Origin: Chlamydiota bacterium
Lineage (GTDB): Bacteria; Auribacterota; JACPWU01
Assembly (NCBI GenBank): GCA_016196885.1
Contig: JACPWU010000011.1
Span: forward strand, 105,467 to 137,466
Direction: 5' to 3'
Length of the DNA stretch: 32,000 nt
Position numbers and translations under genes: made by a program. Below, one piece after another: positions 14,680 through 21,995 of the stretch. Within the stretch, counting starts at the first letter, position 1, and the number at the start of each line of letters is the position of its first letter. Below the pieces are notes generated by a model, which worked only from the letters and a program-made list of their open reading frames with translations, ran no database searches and was not told the origin of the DNA.

Positions 14680-15636
14680 ATGTCTCTTGAAAAAAGATTA
14701 GGTGCAGCCACTCGCGACGCATATGGAAAAGCCCTTGTTGAATTGGGTAAGAAAAATCCAAACATTGTTGTCTTGGATGCAGATCTTTCCAAATCTACAA
14801 AGACGGAAGCCTTTGGGAAGGAATTCCCAGATCGCTTTATCAATTGTGGCATTATTGAAGCAAACATGGTCGGGGTCGCCTCTGGCCTTGCTATTTCTGG
14901 AAAAACCGTTTTTGCCTCTAGCTTTGCCTGCTTTATGATGTGCAAAAGCTATGACCAATTGAGAATGGCAGTCGCCAATCCGAAAGCCGATGTCAAAATT
15001 GTAGCTTCTCATGGTGGAATCAGTGTGGGTGAAGATGGCGCGTCTCAGCAGGCCATTGAAGACATTGCCCTGGCAACCTCTCTGCCTGATTTCACGGTTC
15101 TCCTCCCCTCAGATGAATATTGTGCAAAGGCCCTGGTGATGCAAGCTGCTCTAACCCCTGGCCCCTTTTACATGCGTACAGGAAGACCCAAGGCACCTAT
15201 CGTGCACAGTGAAAATACAAAATTCGAAATTGGAAAAGGGGTTTTGATCAAAGACGGAAAAGACATCACCCTTATTGCCAATGGCCTTTTGGTTTTTGAA
15301 GCATTATCTGCAGCAGACACTCTCCAAAAACAAGGAATCAACGCTGCCGTCATTGACATGCACACGATAAAGCCCATTGATACAGCACTGATCAAACAAC
15401 AATGCGATAAAACGGGAGCCATCGTGGTCGCCGAAGAACATTCCATTTGGGGCGGCCTCGGGACTACCGTTTCAAGAACCGTTTCCCTGCTTAAGCCGGT
15501 CCCCATTGAATATGTCGCGATTGAAGATGTCTATGCCGAGTCAGGGAAACCCGAAGAATTAATGATAGCTTACCGCCTGACAGCCGAACACATTGTGGAA
15601 GCAGCGAAAAAAGCCATTCAGAGAAAACAGTTATGA
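14680..15636 (+). CDS. tkt: Transketolase, C-terminal (pyrimidine-binding) subunit
   Basis: 318 aa. RDAYGKALVELG, IEANMVGVASGLA and GEDGASQQAIEDIA blocks are typical of the split-transketolase C subunit. Confidence 0.9.
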   Translation: MSLEKRLGAATRDAYGKALVELGKKNPNIVVLDADLSKSTKTEAFGKEFPDRFINCGIIEANMVGVASGLAISGKTVFASSFACFMMCKSYDQLRMAVANPKADVKIVASHGGISVGEDGASQQAIEDIALATSLPDFTVLLPSDEYCAKALVMQAALTPGPFYMRTGRPKAPIVHSENTKFEIGKGVLIKDGKDITLIANGLLVFEALSAADTLQKQGINAAVIDMHTIKPIDTALIKQQCDKTGAIVVAEEHSIWGGLGTTVSRTVSLLKPVPIEYVAIEDVYAESGKPEELMIAYRLTAEHIVEAAKKAIQRKQL

Positions 15637-15660
15637 GAGGTGAGGGATGAGTCGTGAGTA
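15633..15660. repeat. Tandem heptamer array RTGAGnn x4 overlapping the transketolase stop codon
   Basis: ATGAGAG GTGAGGG ATGAGTC GTGAGTA. The TGA stop (15634-15636) lies in the first unit. It shares GTGAGGG(G/A)TGAGTCGTG with 3840-3858. Confidence 0.7.
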
Positions 15661-15689
15661 AAAAAGCAATACCTTTCAAAAAAAATTTT

Positions 15690-16097
15690 TCAGAGCTTTT
15701 TTCGCTGCGTATAACCTTTTTCAAGCTCATGCCAATACTGAATTTTTGATTCACCCGATTTCCAGCAAAGATTGACAATCTCATCATTTCGAATATAGAA
15801 AAAATCTACCAACCCTAAATCAATGTCTTTTAACTGACATCCCCAATCCTCTATCTTCTTCATCTGTTCCTTAAACTCAAGAATCAGACTGCCGAGCTCC
15901 TTAACCTCTTTCTGAATCACTTGCTGGCTGGCTGCACGAGTAGAGGACTCAGACACGTCACTCACCGTTAAAGAGCTGTCAATTTGAATTTGTTTCTGTA
16001 AAATCTGGGCTTTCAAAACCTTTAAAACGGTCAGAGACTCCTCCAGTTGAGGAATCAACAGATGAGCTCCTTCTGAGCTGAAGAACTTCATATTCAT
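15690..16097 (-). CDS. DUF2203-family protein
   Basis: ORF 15690..16127. An internal Met (MNMKFFSSEGAHLLIPQLEE) fits the family N-terminus. The C-terminal block LKDIDLGLVDFFYIRNDEIVNLCWKSGESKIQYWHELEKGY matches the DUF2203 signature as I remember it. Confidence 0.6.
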   Translation of the reverse strand: MNMKFFSSEGAHLLIPQLEESLTVLKVLKAQILQKQIQIDSSLTVSDVSESSTRAASQQVIQKEVKELGSLILEFKEQMKKIEDWGCQLKDIDLGLVDFFYIRNDEIVNLCWKSGESKIQYWHELEKGYTQRKKL

Positions 16098-16169
16098 AGT
16101 AAATACTCTCCAGTGGCATTTACTCACATTTCAAAAATTAATTCAAAGGAAATATTCTTCCATTTGCAC

Positions 16170-16175
16170 TATAAT
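16170..16175 (+). promoter_or_regulatory. Candidate -10 box (TATAAT) for the 16213 gene
   Basis: Perfect TATAAT 37 nt upstream of the ATG at 16213, with AAGGAG between them. No convincing -35. Confidence 0.35.
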
Positions 16176-16212
16176 TCCGCTTTATCAACTTTAATAAGGA
16201 GCGAGATAAAGT

Positions 16213-16806
16213 ATGAATTTTCTAAGAAAAATCCTAGAAATAGTCCTTCTGATCATTTTAACTCAAATTACATCCGCATTTCCTGAAAGTCAAAATGAAA
16301 ATACTGTTCCAAAAGAACCTTCACAAAATTCAAATATTTCTATGACAGGAGCCGAGGTCTATGAATTTGCCTATGCAGAAGCGATTAAATGGAAGCCTGA
16401 CGCCGCGTTAAGTGAGATAAGCACTTTCAGCCCTTTAGACACTTCCGGCAAATCGGCTGGATGGACGTTGAATTTCTGGTCCCCCTCGACCAAAGGCTGG
16501 AATTCTATCATGTTTATGAATGGGAAAATAAGCAATTCTGTTGCACAGCTTCCTGTACCCCAAGCTGTTATCATCAGTCACAATGCCATTCTAGACACAT
16601 ACAAACTATACAACATTGCTGAAAGAGAAGGGCTCGCCAACAAGTCTACCACTCAGGGATATAGACCCATTGCATCACTTATTCCATCTCCTGTAGATAA
16701 TACGAGACTGACTTGGTACTTCAGCTATATGGGCGGAGATGGTCGCGTGGTCCACACTGTTATTATTGATGCCATAACAGGGCAGATGATGCAAGCGATA
16801 GATTAA
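16213..16806 (+). CDS. Hypothetical secreted protein (possibly PepSY-like, weak)
   Basis: 197 aa. Signal peptide MNFLRKILEIVLLIILTQITSAFP and a strong AAGGAG upstream. No firm family motif. Confidence 0.55.
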   Translation: MNFLRKILEIVLLIILTQITSAFPESQNENTVPKEPSQNSNISMTGAEVYEFAYAEAIKWKPDAALSEISTFSPLDTSGKSAGWTLNFWSPSTKGWNSIMFMNGKISNSVAQLPVPQAVIISHNAILDTYKLYNIAEREGLANKSTTQGYRPIASLIPSPVDNTRLTWYFSYMGGDGRVVHTVIIDAITGQMMQAID

Positions 16807-16826
16807 CTAAAATAATCAAAAAAACA

Positions 16827-16855
16827 TTGACGGAGCCCAACAATTTTCTTACGTT
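16827..16855 (+). promoter_or_regulatory. Candidate sigma70-type promoter of the nuo operon
   Basis: TTGACG (16827-16832), a 17-nt spacer, then TACGTT (16850-16855), about 120 nt upstream of nuoA. Confidence 0.35.
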
Positions 16856-16907
16856 ATCTGGCAAATTATGTTGAGGAACACAATTTTTTTTAAGAAAGAC
16901 TAATTTT

Positions 16908-16950
16908 GGTCATTGCTTCGGCCGAAAAAGACCTCGGCCTCGCAATGACC
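16908..16950 (+). promoter_or_regulatory. Interrupted 15-bp hairpin in the nuoA leader
   Basis: GGTCATTGC (16908-16916) pairs with GCAATGACC (16942-16950). Inner stem GGCCGA (16920-16925) pairs with TCGGCC (16934-16939). It ends 22 nt before the nuoA ATG. Confidence 0.6.
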
Positions 16951-16972
16951 CTTCTGACCCAGTAAAGCTTTT

Positions 16973-17335
16973 ATGTCATCGAATAACTATATCTATGTTC
17001 TGGTCTTTTTCGTGGTGGGCCTTCTTTTTGCAGTGGCCTTTACATGCACCCCTCTCATTTTAAGCCCTCGAAGTCGAGGAAAAAAGAAAACTTCTACTTA
17101 CGAGAGCGGAGAGGACACCCTTGGAAGCGCCTGGGTCCAGTTTGATGTCTCTTATTACCTCTTCGCTCTGATTTTTTTGGCTTTTGACGTTGAAGTGATT
17201 TTCCTCTTCCCTGTTGTCCTGACTTATTCGATAGCACCCCTCTTGATAGATTTATTGAAAATTGTCATCTTCATCGGTATACTCGCGCTCGCTTTGGCCT
17301 ACGCCTGGCGAAAAGGAATTTTCTCATGGAAATAA
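16973..17335 (+). CDS. nuoA: NADH-quinone oxidoreductase subunit A
   Basis: 120 aa, three hydrophobic segments and a YESGED loop. First gene of the nuo cluster. Confidence 0.9.
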   Translation: MSSNNYIYVLVFFVVGLLFAVAFTCTPLILSPRSRGKKKTSTYESGEDTLGSAWVQFDVSYYLFALIFLAFDVEVIFLFPVVLTYSIAPLLIDLLKIVIFIGILALALAYAWRKGIFSWK

Positions 17336-17829
17336 GGGAAATACAGAAGGTGACCCCTGATGACATTCAAGTTTCGGAAGGGGTTGCCCTTTTTAAGCTG
17401 GATCAGTTGCTCGATAAGGCTCGTTCGAACTCCCTTTGGCCTTTGACCTTTGGACTGACCTGTTGTGCCATTGAAATGATGGCCGTGGGAAGCCCCCGTT
17501 ATGACATTGACCGCTTCGGGTTTGGGGTTTTTAGAGCCACGCCCCGCCAGGCGGATGTGATGATTGTCTCGGGCACGATTTCTAGAAAAATGGCGCCGCG
17601 CATCAAAACGCTTTACGACCAAATGCCCTCTCCCAAATGGGTGATCGCCATGGGGGGGTGCGCCATTGCGGGGGGCCCTTTCAAATATCCGGGTCAATAT
17701 GCAATTTTAGAAGGCATTGACAAAATCATTCCCGTGGATGTCTACATCCCAGGATGTCCTCCCCGCCCAGAAGCCCTGGTCAGCGCCCTTTTGAAGCTTC
17801 AAGAAAAAATCACAGCGAAGAAGGATTGA
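17326..17829 (+). CDS. nuoB: NADH-quinone oxidoreductase subunit B
   Basis: CCAIEMM, GGCA and GCPPRPE cluster-N2 ligand motifs. Overlaps nuoA by 10 nt. Confidence 0.95.
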   Translation: MEIREIQKVTPDDIQVSEGVALFKLDQLLDKARSNSLWPLTFGLTCCAIEMMAVGSPRYDIDRFGFGVFRATPRQADVMIVSGTISRKMAPRIKTLYDQMPSPKWVIAMGGCAIAGGPFKYPGQYAILEGIDKIIPVDVYIPGCPPRPEALVSALLKLQEKITAKKD

Positions 17830-17831
17830 CC

Positions 17832-19460
17832 GTGACGCAAACTCAAAATGACACCCATTGGATCACAGAAGGACTCACGGTAGAGTCAGCCCTCGAACAT
17901 GTTTACGCCAAGAATGGTTTTCATCAAGAATTCGTGATTTCGAAAGACTCCTTGAGAGAATTGGCCCAGCGCTTTCGTTCCAGAGAATATTTCTTAGAAT
18001 GCCTTTCTGTCGTGGATTATCCGGATCACTTCGAGTGCTGTTATCAATTCAATCGTTGGGACAAAATCCATCGCGTCCTCGTTAAGGTGAGAAATCCAGA
18101 CAAGACCCATCCCCATTTTCCCACGCTCTCGGATATTTATGAAGGGGCCAATTGGTATGAACGAGAGGGTTATGACTTTTTCGGCGTTATTTTTGACAAC
18201 CATCCCCATTTGACGCGACTGCTTTTGCCTGAAACAGCTAAGATCCACCCGATGAGAAAGGATTTCAAGGGAGACTCGGGAACGGATGTTGAAGATGTTC
18301 TCGCACTCATAGAATATGAAGACCATCAATATGAAAAAGTCTCTCAAGAATTAAAAAATAAATATCAGAAAGATTATTTTATCAACATGGGCCCTCAGCA
18401 TCCGAGCACGCATGGGGTGTTGAGGCTTTTGCTTCATTTGGATGGAGAGCGGGTTTTGGAAACCTATCCCGTCATCGGCTACTCCCATCGAGACCATGAA
18501 CGCATGGCCGAATACAAAAATTATTTGCAATTTACCCCGAACATGGGCCGCATGGACTATGTCGGGGCCATGTCTTTTAATTTTGGATACATCGGCTTAA
18601 TTGAAAAAGCACTGGGCATGGCCCCCTCCCCTCGCGCTGAATATATCCGCGTCTTCTCGACGGAACTCAACCGCATTGCAAGCCATCTCTTGTGGCTGGG
18701 CACGTATTTACTGGACTTGGGAGCCATGACGCCCTTCTTTTATTGCTTCGATGACCGCGAAAATATTTTGGACATGCTCGAAATGCTCACGGGCGAGCGC
18801 CTCACTTACAATTTTTTTAGATTTGGTGGCGTGGCCTATGACGTTCCGGAAGGCCTTGGGGATCAGTTGAAGGCCTTTATCCCTAAAATGAGAGGACGTC
18901 TTAAGGACTATAAGATCTTGATTGAAAAAAATATTATTTTCATGAAGCGGACAAAAGAAATTGGAGTTTTAACCAAGGATCAGGCGCTCTCTTATGGCGT
19001 CACAGGGCCTATGCTGAGGGCCTGCGGCATTGCCTATGACATTCGAAAAGCAGAACCCTATTCGATTTATCCAGAAATGAATTTTGAAATACCCACCTTC
19101 CCTGGCTGCGATACCTTTGCAAGGTATCAAGTCAGATTGGCTGAAATCGAACAAAGTTTGAGAATTGCGGAGCAGGCGTTCGCGAAAATGCCAGAGGGGC
19201 CCATTAAAGGAGAAAAGGCGCCAAAGGTTTCTCCCAAAGTTCCGGCGGGAGAATTCTATTTTGCGGTAGAATCGGCTCGAGGACATTATGGAGAATATTT
19301 GGTTGCCAATGGCAGCGCTAATCCTTATCGCCTGAAACAACGCACCCCATCCTATGCAAATTTAAGCTCACTGAGCAGCATGCTTTCAGGGCATCTGGTG
19401 GCAGACGTCGTTGCAGTTTTGGGAAGCACGGATGTGGTCATGCCGGAAATAGATCGGTAA
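17832..19460 (+). CDS. nuoCD: Fused NADH-quinone oxidoreductase subunits C and D
   Basis: The NuoC block GANWYEREGYDFFGVIFDNHP is followed in the same ORF by the NuoD block MGPQHPSTHGVLRL. The GTG at 17832, preceded by AAGGA 6 nt upstream, is preferred over the ORF-track start at 17754, which overlaps nuoB. The TTG at 17826 is an alternative. Confidence 0.9.
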   Translation: MTQTQNDTHWITEGLTVESALEHVYAKNGFHQEFVISKDSLRELAQRFRSREYFLECLSVVDYPDHFECCYQFNRWDKIHRVLVKVRNPDKTHPHFPTLSDIYEGANWYEREGYDFFGVIFDNHPHLTRLLLPETAKIHPMRKDFKGDSGTDVEDVLALIEYEDHQYEKVSQELKNKYQKDYFINMGPQHPSTHGVLRLLLHLDGERVLETYPVIGYSHRDHERMAEYKNYLQFTPNMGRMDYVGAMSFNFGYIGLIEKALGMAPSPRAEYIRVFSTELNRIASHLLWLGTYLLDLGAMTPFFYCFDDRENILDMLEMLTGERLTYNFFRFGGVAYDVPEGLGDQLKAFIPKMRGRLKDYKILIEKNIIFMKRTKEIGVLTKDQALSYGVTGPMLRACGIAYDIRKAEPYSIYPEMNFEIPTFPGCDTFARYQVRLAEIEQSLRIAEQAFAKMPEGPIKGEKAPKVSPKVPAGEFYFAVESARGHYGEYLVANGSANPYRLKQRTPSYANLSSLSSMLSGHLVADVVAVLGSTDVVMPEIDR

Positions 19461-19465
19461 AATAC

Positions 19466-19559
19466 AAAGTTTAAAGGTTCAAGAGTTCAAAGGTTTAAAG
19501 GAATTCTGACTTTTAAGCCAGTGAGTTTTTACTTTTGAACTTTTGAACCTTTAAACTTT
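19466..19559 (+). repeat. 28-bp-stem hairpin built from 8-nt words, in the nuoCD-nuoH spacer
   Basis: AAAGTTTAAAGGTTCAAGAGTTCAAAGG (19466-19493) pairs with CTTTTGAACTTTTGAACCTTTAAACTTT (19532-19559): 26 Watson-Crick pairs plus 2 G:U, checked pair by pair, with a 38-nt loop. Confidence 0.85.
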
Positions 19560-19570
19560 TGAACCTTACT

Positions 19571-20527
19571 ATGAATGAACTGTTTCGAATTATTCTGAGC
19601 TTGGTAATCGTGATCGGATTCGTGCTCATCAATTCTCTAGTATTAGTCTGGCTTGAGAGAAAAGTAAGTGCCCGTATTCAGCTCCGTCGCGGCCCCTTGT
19701 ATGTGGGCTGGTTTGGGCTTTTACAAACTTTTGCAGATGCCCTCAAAATGCTCGGGAAAGAATTGATTTTCCCCAAGAACTGCGACAAGGTTCTTTATTT
19801 CTTGGCTCCCATTCTCTCTTTTGCACCTGTGCTGGGAGCTTTTCTCGTCATTCCGTTTGGCCAGCATCTCGTCATTCAAGATCTCAACATTGGCTTGCTT
19901 CTGGTCTTCGCCTTCTCCGGTCTCTCCTTTATTGGGATTTTCATGGCTGGCTGGGCATCTAACAATAAATACAGTCTTCTGGGCGGCATGCGGTCCGTCG
20001 CTCAAAATATTTCTTATGAGATTCCTCTTCTTCTCTCCTCTCTCAACATTGTGATGATGGCAAAATCTTTTAGGCTTTCTGATATTGTTAGAGCCCAAGC
20101 GCATGTTCCCTTTATCCTCCTTCAACCCCTGGCCTTTATTATTTTCATCACCTCTGCCCTTGCGGAATCCAATCGCACACCTTTTGACATTCCGGAGGCA
20201 GAATCAGAACTCGTCGCAGGTTTTCACACAGAATACTCTGGGCTAAGATTTGGAATCTTTTTTATTTCGGAATATACCTATGTTTTTATTTCCTCTTGTG
20301 TTGCAACCGCTCTTTTCTTGGGAGGCTCTCACGGGCCTTTTCTGTCTGGTTGGGCGTGGTTTTTGATGAAGGCCTATTTTGTGGTTTTTGTTGTCATGTG
20401 GGTGAGGTGGACGCTCCCCCGTTTGAGGAGCGATCAATTGATCACCTTTGCGTGGAAGGTCTTGATTCCATTATCGCTTTTTAATATCATTTGCACCGCT
20501 CTTGCGTTACAACTCTTAAAACAGTGA
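19571..20527 (+). CDS. nuoH: NADH-quinone oxidoreductase subunit H
   Basis: ERKVSARIQLRRGP and PFDIPEAESELVAGFHTEYSG motifs. The ATG at 19571 is preferred over the TTG at 19559, which lies in the hairpin arm. Confidence 0.95.
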   Translation: MNELFRIILSLVIVIGFVLINSLVLVWLERKVSARIQLRRGPLYVGWFGLLQTFADALKMLGKELIFPKNCDKVLYFLAPILSFAPVLGAFLVIPFGQHLVIQDLNIGLLLVFAFSGLSFIGIFMAGWASNNKYSLLGGMRSVAQNISYEIPLLLSSLNIVMMAKSFRLSDIVRAQAHVPFILLQPLAFIIFITSALAESNRTPFDIPEAESELVAGFHTEYSGLRFGIFFISEYTYVFISSCVATALFLGGSHGPFLSGWAWFLMKAYFVVFVVMWVRWTLPRLRSDQLITFAWKVLIPLSLFNIICTALALQLLKQ

Positions 20528-20538
20528 AAAAGAGATTA

Positions 20539-21000
20539 ATGATGTCTTACATTACAAATATTTTCACAGGTTTTTGGAGCGTTCTTGCGGGCATGGTTGT
20601 CACATTAAAATACATGTTTCGCAAGCCCGTGACCGAGGTTTATCCACGCGTCAAAAAGCCCATGTTTCCTCGCTTCAAAGGTCCTACCTCCTTTGTGGTG
20701 GATGAAAAAACAGGAGATCATCGCTGCATTTCATGCGAGCTCTGTGTCAAAATATGCCCCTCCCTCTGCATCACGCTTGAAAAAGAAAGAGGCGAAGACA
20801 AAAAATTTCATTTGAAAGAATACAAGGTGGATTACACCCTGTGCAGCCTTTGCAGTCTGTGTATTGAGGTTTGTCCGACGGATGCCCTCACCCACGCCAA
20901 GGATTATGAAATTCCCGCCCTCTCCCAAAGTGAAATGATTAACGACTTCTTGAAACCTTTTAGAGAAAAACAAAAAACTTCTCAACCCGTGGCCCCTTAA
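20539..21000 (+). CDS. nuoI: NADH-quinone oxidoreductase subunit I (2x[4Fe-4S])
   Basis: CISCELCVKICP and CSLCSLCIEVCP motifs. The ATG at 20539 (MMSYITN) is preferred, because the ORF-track start at 20491 overlaps nuoH. Confidence 0.9.
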   Translation: MMSYITNIFTGFWSVLAGMVVTLKYMFRKPVTEVYPRVKKPMFPRFKGPTSFVVDEKTGDHRCISCELCVKICPSLCITLEKERGEDKKFHLKEYKVDYTLCSLCSLCIEVCPTDALTHAKDYEIPALSQSEMINDFLKPFREKQKTSQPVAP

Positions 21001-21001
21001 G

Positions 21002-21505
21002 ATGACTCTCCAGAACCTTATTTTTATCATTCTTTCAGTGACAACCCTTGCAGCCGCTGTCATGGCCGTCAGTTTCAAAAAGGTCATTTACAATGCCTTT
21101 TCTCTCATGCTCTGTTTGGGAGGAATCGCCGGAATCTTTTTTCTCCTTTCGAGTGAATTCCTGGCCGTCATGGAGATCATCGTCTATGTGGGAGCCATCG
21201 CCATCGCCATTATCTTTGCCATCATGTTCTCCCCGCCCCATTTCATGCATCAACCCGAGCGCAACTGGCCAAAAACGGTGCGCTCGATTGCAATCAGCGC
21301 CTTCTTTTTTGCAACACTTTACAAAGTCCTGACCACAACCCCTTGGGGTATGAGTACAACTCAAGAAGCTGATTTTTCCATACAACATTTGGGAAAAATT
21401 TTGTTGGGAATTTATACATTACCCTTCGAAGTCATCAGTATTATTCTTTTTATCGCTATTTTAGGGGCCCTTCTCATGGCCCGCAAGAGAGAAGCCCATG
21501 AGTGA
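21002..21505 (+). CDS. nuoJ: NADH-quinone oxidoreductase subunit J
   Basis: 167-aa polytopic membrane protein in the canonical position. Its ATG is 1 nt after the nuoI stop. Confidence 0.85.
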   Translation: MTLQNLIFIILSVTTLAAAVMAVSFKKVIYNAFSLMLCLGGIAGIFFLLSSEFLAVMEIIVYVGAIAIAIIFAIMFSPPHFMHQPERNWPKTVRSIAISAFFFATLYKVLTTTPWGMSTTQEADFSIQHLGKILLGIYTLPFEVISIILFIAILGALLMARKREAHE

Positions 21506-21809
21506 AAGTCTGATCGCTTATCTTCTTTTGTCGGGAACCTTGGCCGCCATTGGCGTTTATGGCTTTCTGGAAAGACGAAACTTAATTGGAATCTTGATTT
21601 CTATCGAACTCATTTTGAATGCAGCGAGCATTAACTTCCTTGCCTTTAATAAATTTGTCTCACCAGACAAAGGTCTGGGACAGGCCATTGTGCTTTTGAT
21701 CATTGGATTGGCGGCTGCAGAAGCCACCTTGGCCTTAAGCATTATTCTGGTTCTTTACCGAGGCATGACCTCGATTAACATTGAAGAAGCCAATCATTTA
21801 AAAGGATGA
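21498..21809 (+). CDS. nuoK: NADH-quinone oxidoreductase subunit K
   Basis: 103 aa, three TM segments, GLAAAEATLALSIIL block. Overlaps nuoJ by 8 nt. Confidence 0.9.
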   Translation: MSESLIAYLLLSGTLAAIGVYGFLERRNLIGILISIELILNAASINFLAFNKFVSPDKGLGQAIVLLIIGLAAAEATLALSIILVLYRGMTSINIEEANHLKG

Positions 21810-21811
21810 AA

Positions 21812-21982
21812 TGAAATAACTCCCTAACTACTAACTCCCCCAACCCCTCTTTGAAATAAAGAGGGGGGTATACATGAATAAGAGGGGTGTTCTCCCCTTA
21901 AAAAATAAGGGTGGTTTTTACTCTCCCCTCAAGATTTTTCTAGCCCTTTAGGGTTAGTTTAAAGGGGAGTTGGAGGGGTTAC
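21812..21982 (+). repeat. C4/G4-word repeat element, long copy (nuoK-nuoL spacer)
   Basis: It starts TGAAATAACTCCCTAAC and ends AAAGGGGAGTTGGAGGGGTTA, the same termini as the element at 23839-23913. Internal hairpins: CCCCTCTTT-GAAAT-AAAGAGGGG (21844-21866) and CCCTTA-AAAAA-TAAGGG (21895-21911). Confidence 0.8.
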
Positions 21983-21995
21983 GAAAGAGATATAT

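Noticed and set aside
13730-15636. Transketolase broken by a frameshift (pseudogene)
   Set aside because: A two-gene split transketolase (N-terminal TPP-binding subunit and C-terminal pyrimidine-binding subunit) is a well-known arrangement. Each half has its own start and stop, the two are separated by a 95-nt spacer, and no domain is truncated.
17299-17697. 132-aa antisense ORF across nuoA/nuoB, with similar antisense or off-frame ORFs in nuoCD, nuoH, nuoJ, nuoL, nuoM and nuoN (e.g. 19721..20125, 21035..21388, 22469..22906, 24439..24819)
   Set aside because: All lie entirely within strongly supported nuo genes, and their products have no motifs. They are typical shadow ORFs.
17754-17831. 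N-terminal extension of the nuoCD ORF ([12 protein letters not shown]...)
   Set aside because: It overlaps the 3' end of nuoB in another frame and is not NuoC-like. The GTG at 17832 has AAGGA 6 nt upstream and begins the NuoC-like sequence.
19466-19559. Rho-independent terminator inside the nuo operon (same question for 14585-14654 and 23856-23900)
   Set aside because: No U-tract follows any of the 3' arms, and the loops of the long hairpins are about 38 nt. Termination here would cut obligatory subunits off the operon.
21874-21951. 25-codon ORF (MNKRGVLPLKNKGGFYSPLKIFLAL) in the nuoK-nuoL spacer
   Set aside because: It is a translation of the C4/G4 repeat words. It has no ribosome-binding site, and the second copy of the element has no equivalent ORF.
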